From: Candidatus Shapirobacteria bacterium
GTDB lineage: Bacteria > Patescibacteriota > Microgenomatia > UBA12405
DNA length: 64,000 nucleotides
Reading direction: 5' to 3'
NCBI GenBank assembly: GCA_041659325.1
Contig: JBAZYN010000001.1
Coordinates: forward strand, 366,819 to 430,818
The notes beneath the pieces are model-generated. The model was given only the letters and a program-made list of their open reading frames with translations. It was not told the origin of the DNA and did not search any database. Below are positions 51,595-61,300 of this stretch, piece after piece (the first letter of the stretch is position 1; the number at the start of each line of letters is the position of its first letter). The position numbers and the translations under genes were made by a program.

Positions 51595-51974
51595 AAAGAT
51601 TCCTCCGTCTTTTTCTCATAATCATCTTCTGTCTCATCACCGAAAACGAGATTTGGAAAAATCTTTCTTTCTCGCCGGTTGTTCCGACAATTATCAAGGT
51701 GGCTCTTGTTTTAACCATCTTCGAATTAGTCCTAAAGCCGATTATAAAAATTCTCCTTCTCCCCATAAACATTCTGACCTTGGGCACAATCAGGATTGTC
51801 ATCAACACCCTGGGCTTATATATCGCCATTTTTTTAATCAGCGGTTTTCAAATCAATAATTTCACTGCCTTCAATTTTAAGTTGGAAGGCTTTTTTGCCT
51901 ATCTTGCCAGTTCACTTACCATCAGTTTTCTGCTATATATATTCAATATAATTTTATACAGAAAAAAAAGTTAA
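51591..51974 (+). CDS. Small polytopic membrane protein (PF04020/'phage holin 4_2'-like fold family)
   Basis: KPIIKILLLPINILTLGTIRIVINTLGLYIAIFLISGF pattern. Confidence 0.4.
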   Translation: MKRFLRLFLIIIFCLITENEIWKNLSFSPVVPTIIKVALVLTIFELVLKPIIKILLLPINILTLGTIRIVINTLGLYIAIFLISGFQINNFTAFNFKLEGFFAYLASSLTISFLLYIFNIILYRKKS

Positions 51975-51975
51975 T

Positions 51976-52188
51976 ATGAAAACTACCCTGATAATTTTTC
52001 AAATAATACTATCCCTTGTCCTTTCCGTTCTCATCTTCCTTCAGCCAAACGACGAAAGCAACAGCCGGGGAAACATCATGTCATCGGTCGAGTATCAAAA
52101 AAGAGGCTGGGAAAAAACTTTATTTAGTCTGACCATAATCTGTCTGATTTTATTCCTAATTTCGTCAATTATTCAAACAATAATTTAA
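51976..52188 (+). CDS. secG: SecG-like preprotein translocase subunit
   Basis: 70 aa with two TMs and a central LQPNDES...G loop. Confidence 0.45.
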   Translation: MKTTLIIFQIILSLVLSVLIFLQPNDESNSRGNIMSSVEYQKRGWEKTLFSLTIICLILFLISSIIQTII

Positions 52189-52194
52189 CTCCTT

Positions 52195-53532
52195 TTGATC
52201 AAAAAACTCAGGTTTACCCTAGAACTCTATTTAAATTATCTGAAGCGAAACCTGGTCCTTCTCCTCGGCGGGTTCCTGGTCGGCTCTGTTTTTTTTATTG
52301 GCCGAAACCAGCTGATTACTTTCTATCAAAATCAGTTCAAATCAAATCGGATTATCGGCGTCGAAGGTCTCTCTACCTCCCAAAACCTCCCCTCAAACAT
52401 TTTGGAGAAAATCAGCTATGGCTTATTTATCAATCAAGAAAACGACCGCCCGGATCTTTCTCCGCTGGTCAAGTCCTTCGACATTCAAAACAACAACCTT
52501 GATTACATCATCGAGTTAAATGACAATATTTATTGGCATAGCGGCAAAAAATTTACCGCCGATGACATTTTTTATAATATTGCCGGAATCAAAATTGAGC
52601 CCATATCCGACACCTCACTAAAAATCAGTCTCAACAAACCCTTTACCCCCATCCTCTCTGCCCTAACCAAACCGCTTATCCAAAAAAATCTTGTCGGCCT
52701 GGGTGAATATTTGGTCAAACAAGTCACCCACAGCGAAGGCTTCGTAAAACAAATCACCATTATCCCCACCGACAAAGCCAACCGCACTTCAATCACCTAC
52801 AAGTTTTATCCCGATGCCGAAGGTGTAATCAATGCCTATAAACTGGGAGAGATTGATGAAGCCGCTACTGGCTTGCTCCCCCCCGAAATGACCTCCTGGG
52901 CAAACACAAAAATTACCCAAAAAATCCATTCCGACAAAAAATATGCCGCTGTTTTTATCAATACTGCCAAATACGATTCAAAGTCTACTCGCCAGGCACT
53001 CAGTTACGCCACCCCCAAAACCACCGACAGAAATGAAAGATGCTTTGGCCCGATTCCCCCAAATTCCTGGGCCTACAATCCCTCGGTCAAGGAATATACT
53101 TACAACCCGGCCCGCGCCAAAGAATTAATTGGCGACACCAAAATTGAACAATTGAATTTATCGGTCACCGATAGAACCCTTCTGCCAATTGCCGAAAAAA
53201 TCAGCTCCTCATGGGAGCAAAACCTGGGCATCAAAACAACAATCACCGTCGAAAACCAAATTGACAACCAAAATTACGACGCAATTTTGGCATATTCAGG
53301 CATCCCCTCCGACCCCGACCAATATACCTTTTGGCACTCTACCCAAACCGAAACCAATATCACCCATCTAAACAATTCCCGCATCGACAAGCTTCTGGAG
53401 GAGGGCCGCACCCAAACCGACATTACCGAGCGCAAAAAAACCTATCTCGATTTTCAGCAATTTCTCTCGGAAGAATCACCGGCCATCTTCCTTTTCTACC
53501 CCACCTCATTTACATTTTCCAGAATAAAATAA
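52195..53532 (+). CDS. Extracellular solute-binding protein, family 5-like (peptide/nickel SBP), N-terminal TM
   Basis: The SBP_bac_5-like central region is recognised only loosely. Confidence 0.4.
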   Translation: MIKKLRFTLELYLNYLKRNLVLLLGGFLVGSVFFIGRNQLITFYQNQFKSNRIIGVEGLSTSQNLPSNILEKISYGLFINQENDRPDLSPLVKSFDIQNNNLDYIIELNDNIYWHSGKKFTADDIFYNIAGIKIEPISDTSLKISLNKPFTPILSALTKPLIQKNLVGLGEYLVKQVTHSEGFVKQITIIPTDKANRTSITYKFYPDAEGVINAYKLGEIDEAATGLLPPEMTSWANTKITQKIHSDKKYAAVFINTAKYDSKSTRQALSYATPKTTDRNERCFGPIPPNSWAYNPSVKEYTYNPARAKELIGDTKIEQLNLSVTDRTLLPIAEKISSSWEQNLGIKTTITVENQIDNQNYDAILAYSGIPSDPDQYTFWHSTQTETNITHLNNSRIDKLLEEGRTQTDITERKKTYLDFQQFLSEESPAIFLFYPTSFTFSRIK

Positions 53533-53535
53533 CAT

Positions 53536-53697
53536 ATGACCAAATTCGAATTAGGTGCTGTTTTTATCTTTCTTTTGCTTTTGTCCTATGCCGGTTATCT
53601 CTCCTACCAGAGCATTGATTTTGATGTTCTCAAAAAACTCGAAGCCCAGCCTCTGGTTCTGCCACCTCCGCCCACCACTATACCGATTCAAAAATAA
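53536..53697 (+). CDS. Small TM protein (53 aa), hypothetical
   Basis: Hand-translated MTKFELGAVFIFLLLLSYAGYLSYQ... with a Pro-rich tail. Confidence 0.25.
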   Translation: MTKFELGAVFIFLLLLSYAGYLSYQSIDFDVLKKLEAQPLVLPPPPTTIPIQK

Positions 53698-53816
53698 TTT
53701 TGCCTCAGTTCTACATATCTTTTACGTATTAGCAGTCTTATACCCCAAGTGCTAACAACCCCCTCAATTTCCATATTCCAGACAGATAGGGCATATCCAA
53801 ATGGTAAAATACAACC

Positions 53817-55088
53817 ATGACCAATAATCTATATTGTTTCGCCCTCGGCACCAACCACTCCCTCTGCAAGGTCGAAATTATTAATGTCCTTTACCAAAAG
53901 GAAATTAGCTTCGAAATTATCGAGGCCTCGCAGGAAACTCTAATTATTAGCACCCCCATTGAGCTCGATCAAGTTATTTCCATAAACGACTTTGGCAGTA
54001 CCGCCAAGCTTATAAAAATCCACTCCTCCGCAGACCTTTCCGACTTTTTTTCTACCCCCCAAAACATCCTCGGCCCTTACCTTTTTCCCAACCAAACAAG
54101 TGACCATATTCAATCCGGCCTTAGCCTTTACGGAGCCGGATGCAAGTACAAGGATTTAAACAAAGCTTTTAGCTTAACGGGGGCTTTGGTCAGTGAAATA
54201 AAAAAATATTTGTCAAAGCACAATATAAAAAGTAATTTTCTGCCGATCAAAGAAAGAATTATTCCAACTGCTAGCGTAGACAACACCAAAATTCTCTCCA
54301 AAGGTTATGAGCTAGTGGTCGCTGTCGGCAAAGAAACAATCTATGTGGGCAAAACAATCGCCATCCAAGACTACAAAAGTTATAGTTTCCGCGATTACGA
54401 GCGGCCCGCCCGGGATTCCCGCTCCGGCATGACCCCGCCCAAACTTGCAAAAATGATGGTTAACCTTGCCCGAAAAACCACCGATCAGCCTCTTCTCGAT
54501 CCCTTCTGCGGCAGCGGAACCTATCTTATGGAAATGCTGTTATTGGGATTCAACCACATCACCGGCTCAGACATCGACCCGGTCGCCGTCGAAAACTCAA
54601 AAACCAATACCGAGTGGGTCTTAAAAAATTATCCGCAAATCGACAAAAGCTCAGAGGTTGGTATTTTCCAATCCGATGCCAAAAAAATATCGCAAAAAAT
54701 TGCCAAAAAAAGCATCGATGCCGTCATTACCGAGCCATATTTGGGTTCTCCAAAAGCCATCCGTTTCAACCCTCTGCAAATTAGTCAGGAAATCAAAAAG
54801 TTGGAGCTTCTATATTTAGAATCGTTTAAAGAGTTTTCTTCTATCCTTTCAAAATTCGGCACCATTGTCATAGTTTTCCCGGTCTTCAAATATAAAGATA
54901 GTTTCTATTACCTAGAAATTATAAATAATTTAAAGCAAATTGGTTTTGACCAAAAAAATTATCTGCCCGATAAATACGCCGCAGAGCAGGACAAGCTTCA
55001 TCTGACTCTCACCGATAGGGGAACCATCGTTTACTACCGCCCCGATCAAACAGTCTCCCGGGAAATCATCATCTTTTCCAAAAGATAA
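53817..55088 (+). CDS. THUMP-domain RNA (guanine-N2) methyltransferase-like
   Basis: SAM motif LDPFCGSGT and motif IV ITEPYLG (a D/N-PPY variant). Confidence 0.6.
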   Translation: MTNNLYCFALGTNHSLCKVEIINVLYQKEISFEIIEASQETLIISTPIELDQVISINDFGSTAKLIKIHSSADLSDFFSTPQNILGPYLFPNQTSDHIQSGLSLYGAGCKYKDLNKAFSLTGALVSEIKKYLSKHNIKSNFLPIKERIIPTASVDNTKILSKGYELVVAVGKETIYVGKTIAIQDYKSYSFRDYERPARDSRSGMTPPKLAKMMVNLARKTTDQPLLDPFCGSGTYLMEMLLLGFNHITGSDIDPVAVENSKTNTEWVLKNYPQIDKSSEVGIFQSDAKKISQKIAKKSIDAVITEPYLGSPKAIRFNPLQISQEIKKLELLYLESFKEFSSILSKFGTIVIVFPVFKYKDSFYYLEIINNLKQIGFDQKNYLPDKYAAEQDKLHLTLTDRGTIVYYRPDQTVSREIIIFSKR

Positions 55089-55250
55089 CCTCCCGTCTTG
55101 CCCTCCGTAGCCTTGGCGCAGGAGGGTCATTGCGCCTGTCCGCCTTTGGCGGAAGGAGCAAAGCGACGTGGCAATCCCTGCCTGCCGGCAGGCATGGTTT
55201 ACGGCAAGAAATACAAGACCGCCCCTCTCCCCATATTCATCCACAATCTT
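55089..55250. repeat. GC-rich structured intergenic element with the perfect palindrome CCTGCCTGCCGGCAGGCA and several hairpins (REP-like)
   Basis: Strongly GC-rich in an AT-rich genome. Contains GGCGCA-N10-TGCGCC, CCGCC-TTT-GGCGG and CCCTGCCTGCCGGCAGGCATGG. Lies between convergent genes. Related copies occur at 60.37, 62.2 and 63.93 kb. Confidence 0.6.
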
Positions 55251-55786
55251 CAAAAATACTCCCGAATCACCTCAAACATTTTTTTATGTCCCTGTTTATT
55301 TGGGTGAAGCCCATCCGCAAAATCCTCGGCCAATAACTTTTCCTGCAAAGAAATAAACCGGCCTCCCTTTTGTTGCGTAATTTTCTCAATAAGTTTATTA
55401 TATTCAGCCGTACTGTCGCAGCTAAATGGTTCATCCCCCCTCCAGTCGCCCAAAACCAGACCTACAAAATTTATGTCTTTTGTAAATCTACTCGCCGTAT
55501 CCACCAATTTTATTAGATTAACTACAAAAAGTTCAGGATTATAATCTTTTGTGTCGTTAATCCCTATAGCAAAAATAATCGAGTCAGGATTTCTTACCGA
55601 CGCCTCACCTTCAAACCGTTTCAAAACATCATCAGTCGTGTTTCCGCCAATTCCCAAATTAAATACATTAACAAAGCTATCAAAATATTTATTTTCCAAA
55701 TATCGTCTTAAAAGTTCCACCCAGCCGGCATTTACATAAGCAGCCTGGGCAACACTGTCTCCAAAAATACAATATGTTTTATCCAT
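55250..55786 (-). CDS. SGNH/GDSL hydrolase
   Basis: CIFGDSVAQ (GDS) and DGLHPNKQGH (DxxH). Confidence 0.75.
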   Translation of the reverse strand: MDKTYCIFGDSVAQAAYVNAGWVELLRRYLENKYFDSFVNVFNLGIGGNTTDDVLKRFEGEASVRNPDSIIFAIGINDTKDYNPELFVVNLIKLVDTASRFTKDINFVGLVLGDWRGDEPFSCDSTAEYNKLIEKITQQKGGRFISLQEKLLAEDFADGLHPNKQGHKKMFEVIREYF

Positions 55787-55822
55787 TTTTTAAAAAGATA
55801 ATCTATTCTACCAAAACCCCAT

Positions 55823-56263
55823 CTACTCTCCGGTTAGCCCCAGCCCCCAATCTATTGTTTCCACCCATTTTTTGGAAGTATTAGAATAATCAAGCGGCAA
55901 ACACACTAGTTCCTCCCTGCTAACCCACCTGATATTCATAAGTTCATCATCCTTATAGTCAATCTTTTCCCCATTCCACTCGACAACAAAAAACTTGCTA
56001 AATTCAGTTTGTTCGGGAAACCTAAAAAGATCACCCGACATTTCTCTAAAATTTTTTGGCTCAATCCCCAGTTCTTCTTGGACTCCCCGAACCAGTGCCT
56101 CTTCATACGACTCTCCCGAAATTACGTGTTCTCCCAAAAAACATATTTTCCCCGGATCTGTTTTTTTACTCATCGCTCTTTGGGTAATCAAAATCTTTTT
56201 TGCCTTCTTGTCAACCAAGGTAAAATGAACCGTACGATGAATTAGTTTAGGATCCTGTGACAT
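55823..56263 (-). CDS. Nudix hydrolase
   Basis: Nudix box GEHVISGESYEEALVRGVQEELGI. Confidence 0.75.
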   Translation of the reverse strand: MSQDPKLIHRTVHFTLVDKKAKKILITQRAMSKKTDPGKICFLGEHVISGESYEEALVRGVQEELGIEPKNFREMSGDLFRFPEQTEFSKFFVVEWNGEKIDYKDDELMNIRWVSREELVCLPLDYSNTSKKWVETIDWGLGLTGE

Positions 56264-56362
56264 TCCTCCCTGCTTGCCTGCCCCACCACTTCATCATTTT
56301 CATCAACCACATCAAATATTTCCATATAATCCTATTCTACCAAACAATGCTAAACTTATTTT

Positions 56363-57016
56363 GTGTTCCTTTCTACACTAATCGCCCTATCTTTTGTCAA
56401 TAATCTTTTCTCTCATCCTCCCAAAACTCCTCCCGCCCGCAACACCTACAAAATTATAGATGTAATCGACGGCGACACCATAATTACCGACAAATTCCAA
56501 AAAGTTCGTCTTCTAAGTGTTGACTCCTCCGAGTTTTCCCGTTGCGGCAGCTCTGAGGCCAAAAAACAACTTGAGACTTTAGTCAAGGGCAAAAATGTTT
56601 ATCTCAAAGAAATTATCGCCGACAAATACAGCCGTCTGGTAGCTCTCGTTTATGTCGGCAAAACTTTTGTAAACGGTGAGCTCGTCAAATCAGGGTGGGG
56701 GAGATACAACAGTATTAATTCCACCCAAAGCGATCTTCTTCTTTATTATTCCCAAGTCGCCCAAGCCAACAAATTTGGTGTTTTTAGTCCTCTCTGTCGA
56801 CAAACCGAAAATCCTACCAATTCCAAATGTATAATCAAGGGCAATGCCTCCCGAGACGGCCGGTATCTTTATTTCTTCCCGGGCTGCAGCGATTATTCCC
56901 GGGTTATCGTCGAAAAAGATCTGGGTGACCAGTGGTTTTGCACCGAGGCCCAAGCTCAAAAATCAGGCTATACCAAATCAGAAAATTGTTACAACAAAAC
57001 CTATAGTCAACAATAG
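56363..57016 (+). CDS. Thermonuclease (SNase)-like nuclease with a Cys-containing C-terminal extension
   Basis: IDVIDGDTIITDKFQKVRLLSVDSSE...YSRLVALVYVG. Confidence 0.7.
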   Translation: MFLSTLIALSFVNNLFSHPPKTPPARNTYKIIDVIDGDTIITDKFQKVRLLSVDSSEFSRCGSSEAKKQLETLVKGKNVYLKEIIADKYSRLVALVYVGKTFVNGELVKSGWGRYNSINSTQSDLLLYYSQVAQANKFGVFSPLCRQTENPTNSKCIIKGNASRDGRYLYFFPGCSDYSRVIVEKDLGDQWFCTEAQAQKSGYTKSENCYNKTYSQQ

Positions 57017-57033
57017 ATAGGTTACAATATCGT

Positions 57034-57237
57034 ATGAAAGATTTAAGAGAAGAACTGGCGAAACTCGAACATTTGCAGTGGACCTGTTGGTCAAAATTTA
57101 TGTTAAATAATTTAACTGAGGAAAATATCGCCAAGTGGAAAAAACAAATCAATACTCCATACAATGAATTAACTGACCAAGAAAAACAAAGCGATAGAAA
57201 ATGGGCTGACAAAGTTTTGGAAATTATCCAGAAATAA
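57034..57237 (+). CDS. Small coiled-coil protein, hypothetical
   Basis: 67-aa ORF with charged heptad-like sequence. Confidence 0.3.
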   Translation: MKDLREELAKLEHLQWTCWSKFMLNNLTEENIAKWKKQINTPYNELTDQEKQSDRKWADKVLEIIQK

Positions 57238-57303
57238 AAAAGTGTTGTAATCTGTACTTCTAGTTTTTTAGAAAACTTAGACTTAACCCTTCCGAATAAA
57301 GAA

Positions 57304-57792
57304 TCAAACTCCCCCTCTTTGGTCAACCAATCCGCCCAAATAATTCGCCTTGTATATTAACTTATCCCCCAAAAATATTTTTTCTTCCCCAAAAAATTTA
57401 TCCGCCTCACCCCGCCAGGTATTTGTGTAAACATATTCTCCTTCCCTAAATTCTTTCGGTCCCCTAAATGGATAATCAGCCGGCATAAGTTTCAGTGCAT
57501 CTCTCAAAATTCCGTAAACAGAATTGGTTTCAACTCCTTCCTCAACCCATCCATAATAAACCATCATCCAACAGGGCTTACCCTCGTAAAAAACAATGGT
57601 TCTCCCCCCATAAGGTTCGCCGCCAAAGAAATTGTCATGAGATCTCCATTCCCCCTTTTCAAACGGAATTGTGGTGGAGCCATCTGGCTCCTTTTCCCAC
57701 TTTTTCGTCTTACCACCGGCATAACCGGCATTGTTTGAATCGATAAGAAACTTTTTTAATGATTCAATATTCATTTTATTTTTGTGGTTCAA
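57304..57792 (-). CDS. Hypothetical cytoplasmic protein
   Basis: 162-aa ORF rich in Gly, Trp and Tyr. No confidently recognised family. Confidence 0.4.
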   Translation of the reverse strand: MNHKNKMNIESLKKFLIDSNNAGYAGGKTKKWEKEPDGSTTIPFEKGEWRSHDNFFGGEPYGGRTIVFYEGKPCWMMVYYGWVEEGVETNSVYGILRDALKLMPADYPFRGPKEFREGEYVYTNTWRGEADKFFGEEKIFLGDKLIYKANYLGGLVDQRGGV

Positions 57793-57939
57793 AAAAAGAC
57801 CTTTTGTTGGCTCTCGTTGATTATGTCACTACTTAGTTTAAGTAACAACTAGCTAGCAATTCAAATGCAGCAAAATTCCGACTGACCCAAAGTAAGTTCT
57901 AAAACGAATCCAGTTTGTATAATATAAATTTATATATAT

Positions 57940-59058
57940 ATGGAGAGACTACTAACTCGCAGAAATTTCTTAAGACTTGTCGCGAGTGCTGCTAGCGGAG
58001 TTGTTCTTGACGCCTGTAAACCAAGACCTAAGGCTGTCGAAGCCCCACCGACATCTGCCCCAACCAAAGTAGAACCTCCGAAGGCAGCCGCCACTATGGC
58101 CCCAAAAGAAGTGGAGACAAAAGATAACACCGCTAATACTGCTGTACCACAAGCTACCGAAGCACCAAAACCAACCAAAGAAACGTTCGTCGCAAAAGAA
58201 GTCCTTAATCCGGGCAAGTTACCGGAAAAATGGGGCTATTTTACCGGCCAGGGACCTAATGCTGACACTGCCTTCCAAGCCGCTAATTTTGGTACAGTTG
58301 GTCCGCTCGTTACCAAGTTTATGGGCATGGAAGACAAAGATCCCACCCTACCCCCAGATTTAATTGAGGCGGCATCGCTTTCTAAAAATAAAGAAAGCCA
58401 ACCAAACGGCGAAATAATTCTCTATGTTGAGTCTAGTAGTGAAACGGCTTGTGACCAAATCGCCGATGGAAAGATGGATGAATTCTTTACGCAATTAGGA
58501 GAAAATATTGCTGCAATTCACAAACGGGGGATTAAAGTAACTGTGGCAATCCTACCGGAAATCAATATGGGTGATCAAATCCAAAATCAATGTCCTAGAT
58601 TTAAAGAAGCATTCAGACGTGTTCACGATATTATAAAAAACAAAGCGCCCCATAATAGCCAAATGGCCCTATCTCTAAATTTTGCTACTTACCCATTAGT
58701 ACCTGAAAACGATCCTGAAACCTATTTTGCCAAAATAGAGGGACTTGTTGATCGAGTTATTGTCAGCGGTTTTAACTTTGATACTGACGAAATTCCCGAG
58801 AAAACTTTTAAGGAGGTGTATGGGCCGATTCTTGATCAAATTTCCCAATGGGGGGTACCTATCACTCTAAATACCGGTTGTGCGAAAAGACCTTATCGCC
58901 CTGATTGGATCAGGGCAATTCCGGGTGTCCTTGCTCAATATCCTAATGTCGATCAAGTTTCAGTTTTCGCACAAGACAAATTAGGTCAGGGGATTGAACA
59001 AAATTGGTCTTTTGGTGACCCGGAGTCTCAGAAATCATTTCGAGATATTCTCCCATAA
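57940..59058 (+). CDS. Secreted protein with a twin-arginine-type signal (TRRNFLRLVASAA); possible TIM-barrel glycoside-hydrolase-like
   Basis: Textbook Tat motif T-RR-NFL-R followed by a possible lipobox DAC. The N-terminus is GC-elevated. LPEINMGD might be an acid/base Glu. Confidence 0.5.
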   Translation: MERLLTRRNFLRLVASAASGVVLDACKPRPKAVEAPPTSAPTKVEPPKAAATMAPKEVETKDNTANTAVPQATEAPKPTKETFVAKEVLNPGKLPEKWGYFTGQGPNADTAFQAANFGTVGPLVTKFMGMEDKDPTLPPDLIEAASLSKNKESQPNGEIILYVESSSETACDQIADGKMDEFFTQLGENIAAIHKRGIKVTVAILPEINMGDQIQNQCPRFKEAFRRVHDIIKNKAPHNSQMALSLNFATYPLVPENDPETYFAKIEGLVDRVIVSGFNFDTDEIPEKTFKEVYGPILDQISQWGVPITLNTGCAKRPYRPDWIRAIPGVLAQYPNVDQVSVFAQDKLGQGIEQNWSFGDPESQKSFRDILP

Positions 59059-59072
59059 TAAGGCCATATACC

Positions 59073-59798
59073 TCAACCCATTTGAACCATATCCGTTACA
59101 GGTTTCCAGTCCAATCCTACTGAAACAATATCATAATTTTCTTCAAAATTTGTCAAACTGCCTGCGCTATCCAAATTTACTCTATAGCCAGCAGTTCCAC
59201 CTTCAACCAGAAACCTATCAGCGGCAGAATGTCCGACTGTGATTATTTTCCGATCAGGAAATCTTTCCACAAATTTTTTTGCAACTACGCCTTTATCTTC
59301 AGCTCCCAAGCATCCGGAAACCCCCGTCACTATACCATTTTTTTCCGTAAAGGTGTCTCCAATACAAAATATTCCTGATAAATTGTGTTTTCTGCATAAT
59401 TCCTCAACCGACCATTCTAATCCGCAAGAGACAAACACAATCGGAATCTTATTTTTTTTGCATATATTCAAAAAAGGTTCTCCGTTTGGATTCAAAACAG
59501 TGCCACCAATTAATTTTCTAATACTGTTTTTGATAACCTCAACCTTTAAACCTATCAAGAGTTCGCATAAAGCCCTAACTTGCTCTCGACCTTCACCGCT
59601 TTTCCCGTACGATAATTTCTCCTGGTTTACCGGATAATTATCCGAAAAATAATTCGTATTTAGCCTACTTACATGATCTCTGACAATACATTGGTCAAAA
59701 TCAGCTAAAACAATACACCCAGCATTTGGAAATTTTGATTTTATGTTATCAACAAGACCCTCTATTTTATTTTCCATCTCCTCATTATTTATTGCCAT
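59073..59798 (-). CDS. HAD-superfamily hydrolase-like
   Basis: Motif I LADFDQCIV and a downstream GDTFTEKNG. Weak. Confidence 0.4.
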   Translation of the reverse strand: MAINNEEMENKIEGLVDNIKSKFPNAGCIVLADFDQCIVRDHVSRLNTNYFSDNYPVNQEKLSYGKSGEGREQVRALCELLIGLKVEVIKNSIRKLIGGTVLNPNGEPFLNICKKNKIPIVFVSCGLEWSVEELCRKHNLSGIFCIGDTFTEKNGIVTGVSGCLGAEDKGVVAKKFVERFPDRKIITVGHSAADRFLVEGGTAGYRVNLDSAGSLTNFEENYDIVSVGLDWKPVTDMVQMG

Positions 59799-59897
59799 AT
59801 TCCCTGGTTACCCCACATAGATTCATTTCTAACCACAGTTAAGTTAAATAAGGTAATTTATTGTATCAAAGACTTAATTCAGACCTTTAATCCGCCA

Positions 59898-60311
59898 TTA
59901 TTTAATCAGGCTTAAATTTCCATTTACTACAATTGGGCTCATTGCCACTATCTCTGATTTATAGAACTCAATTTCTGGAATCGGGTTGTACAGAAAAATC
60001 TTCTTTCCTAAAATAAAACTATATCCCATTTCAATTAAAGTATTTCCACCTATATAGTTTTTAATGCCTTTTTTATCTAAATTTAAAACTAAGATTGCGT
60101 CAACGTCTTTTAAGCTTTCGCATAATTCAATCAACCCGTTATTATCATTCTTATCTTTTATTGTTAATCTGGTTATTTCTTCAATATCTTTTCCGGCGTA
60201 CCCTTTTGTGAAGCTTGAAATTACAACCTCGTGATTTATTTTTTCCAAACCAGATTTCAACTTCAACATTTCATCAGAAAAAACCATGCTACCAAGGATT
60301 GCTATTTTCAT
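59898..60311 (-). CDS. Nucleoside 2-deoxyribosyltransferase-like (SLOG superfamily) small protein
   Basis: IGGNTLIEMGYSFILGKKIF resembles the NDT 'G(T/S)xxExGxAxxxGKP' motif. Confidence 0.4.
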   Translation of the reverse strand: MKIAILGSMVFSDEMLKLKSGLEKINHEVVISSFTKGYAGKDIEEITRLTIKDKNDNNGLIELCESLKDVDAILVLNLDKKGIKNYIGGNTLIEMGYSFILGKKIFLYNPIPEIEFYKSEIVAMSPIVVNGNLSLIK

Positions 60312-60404
60312 TTTTCTTGTTGAGAGTATACCGAAAAATTCAAACTGTATTCATCAAATTGTAACACCCTGCCTGCCGGTTTACCCGCCGGGGTGGGCCT
60401 CTAA
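60305..60404. repeat. Copy A of a roughly 100-nt duplicated 5' leader/promoter element (about 90% identical to copy B)
   Basis: Direct alignment by eye with 62128..62226. Includes the ATGAAAAT start of the downstream minus-strand gene and a CCCTGCCTGCCGG GC-rich core. Confidence 0.7.
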
Positions 60405-60532
60405 GGGAGACTCGATTAAGAAATTATTCCAAGTTACAGATAGCGAAAACAAAATTTCAACAGTGCGGACCATTTTTTAATTTTTTGCGCGTGATTTCCG
60501 GATATCAATACACAATGAGATATAATTAACGC

Positions 60533-61153
60533 ATGGACAAAAGGGAAACAACACAATCCCCCTCCGACGAAACCAGCACATTTGATAATAAACAATATAG
60601 TGTTATCAAGACAGGAGTTCCTCTTACAGTAGACAAAGGCCTATATGGTAAAGGTTATAATTATACTGTCGATTTTGATAGCTCACCTACTCTTCAAGCA
60701 CTTTACCTTCAAGCGGAAACATTTTTTCGCACCGATAGTCTTTCTCCTCCACAAACTGTTCTTAATAAGTTAAAAGGAATCGTAGCCACAGCCTTTCCAC
60801 ACCAAGGCATTAATAAAGTTATTGACTTCGAAAGACAACTACGTAAGTCCAAAAATCCAGCTTCCCTGGAAGACTACGCCAAAAATGGTATCGGTAATTG
60901 TTCTCAAACCACGCTGACCTTAATTTTATTGTTCGAAAAACTTAGAGAAAAGGGGATGGCTCAAGGCGCTTTTACCTTAGAAGAAGCTGATTGGGAGAAC
61001 GAATTTACTGGCGGCGGACACACTTGGGCAAAATACTTACCGGAACAAGGAGAACCTGTCGTCGTGGATGTTGTTCGGGACTATGTAGGGAACGAAGAAG
61101 GTCATAAATCCATTTTGGAAACAGTAAGGTGGGAAACTCTTAGTGGCTACTAA
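60533..61153 (+). CDS. Cytoplasmic transglutaminase/papain-like (Cys-His-Asp) domain protein
   Basis: GIGNCSQTTLTLILLF (Cys), GGGHTWAKY (His) and VVVDVVRDY (Asp). No signal peptide. GC content visibly higher than neighbouring genes. Confidence 0.4.
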   Translation: MDKRETTQSPSDETSTFDNKQYSVIKTGVPLTVDKGLYGKGYNYTVDFDSSPTLQALYLQAETFFRTDSLSPPQTVLNKLKGIVATAFPHQGINKVIDFERQLRKSKNPASLEDYAKNGIGNCSQTTLTLILLFEKLREKGMAQGAFTLEEADWENEFTGGGHTWAKYLPEQGEPVVVDVVRDYVGNEEGHKSILETVRWETLSGY

Positions 61154-61300
61154 CAAAACATTTTAGTTTACCGTCGAGCCGAGCGCGGCACGCGCCACAT
61201 CAACCTGCTTCAATTTGCAGAAACTGTTAAGCAGTATGGCTACAGACTGTTCTATCCTTATAACTGAATTGTCTATATATCCCCAATGCTAACTTTACTT

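Noticed and set aside
60367-60400. Clean hairpin or riboswitch fold inside the duplicated leader
   Set aside because: I could not find a convincing extended inverted repeat by eye in copy A or copy B. Only the half-palindrome CCCTGCCTGCCGG is present. It is left as an unexplained GC-rich core rather than a called RNA structure.
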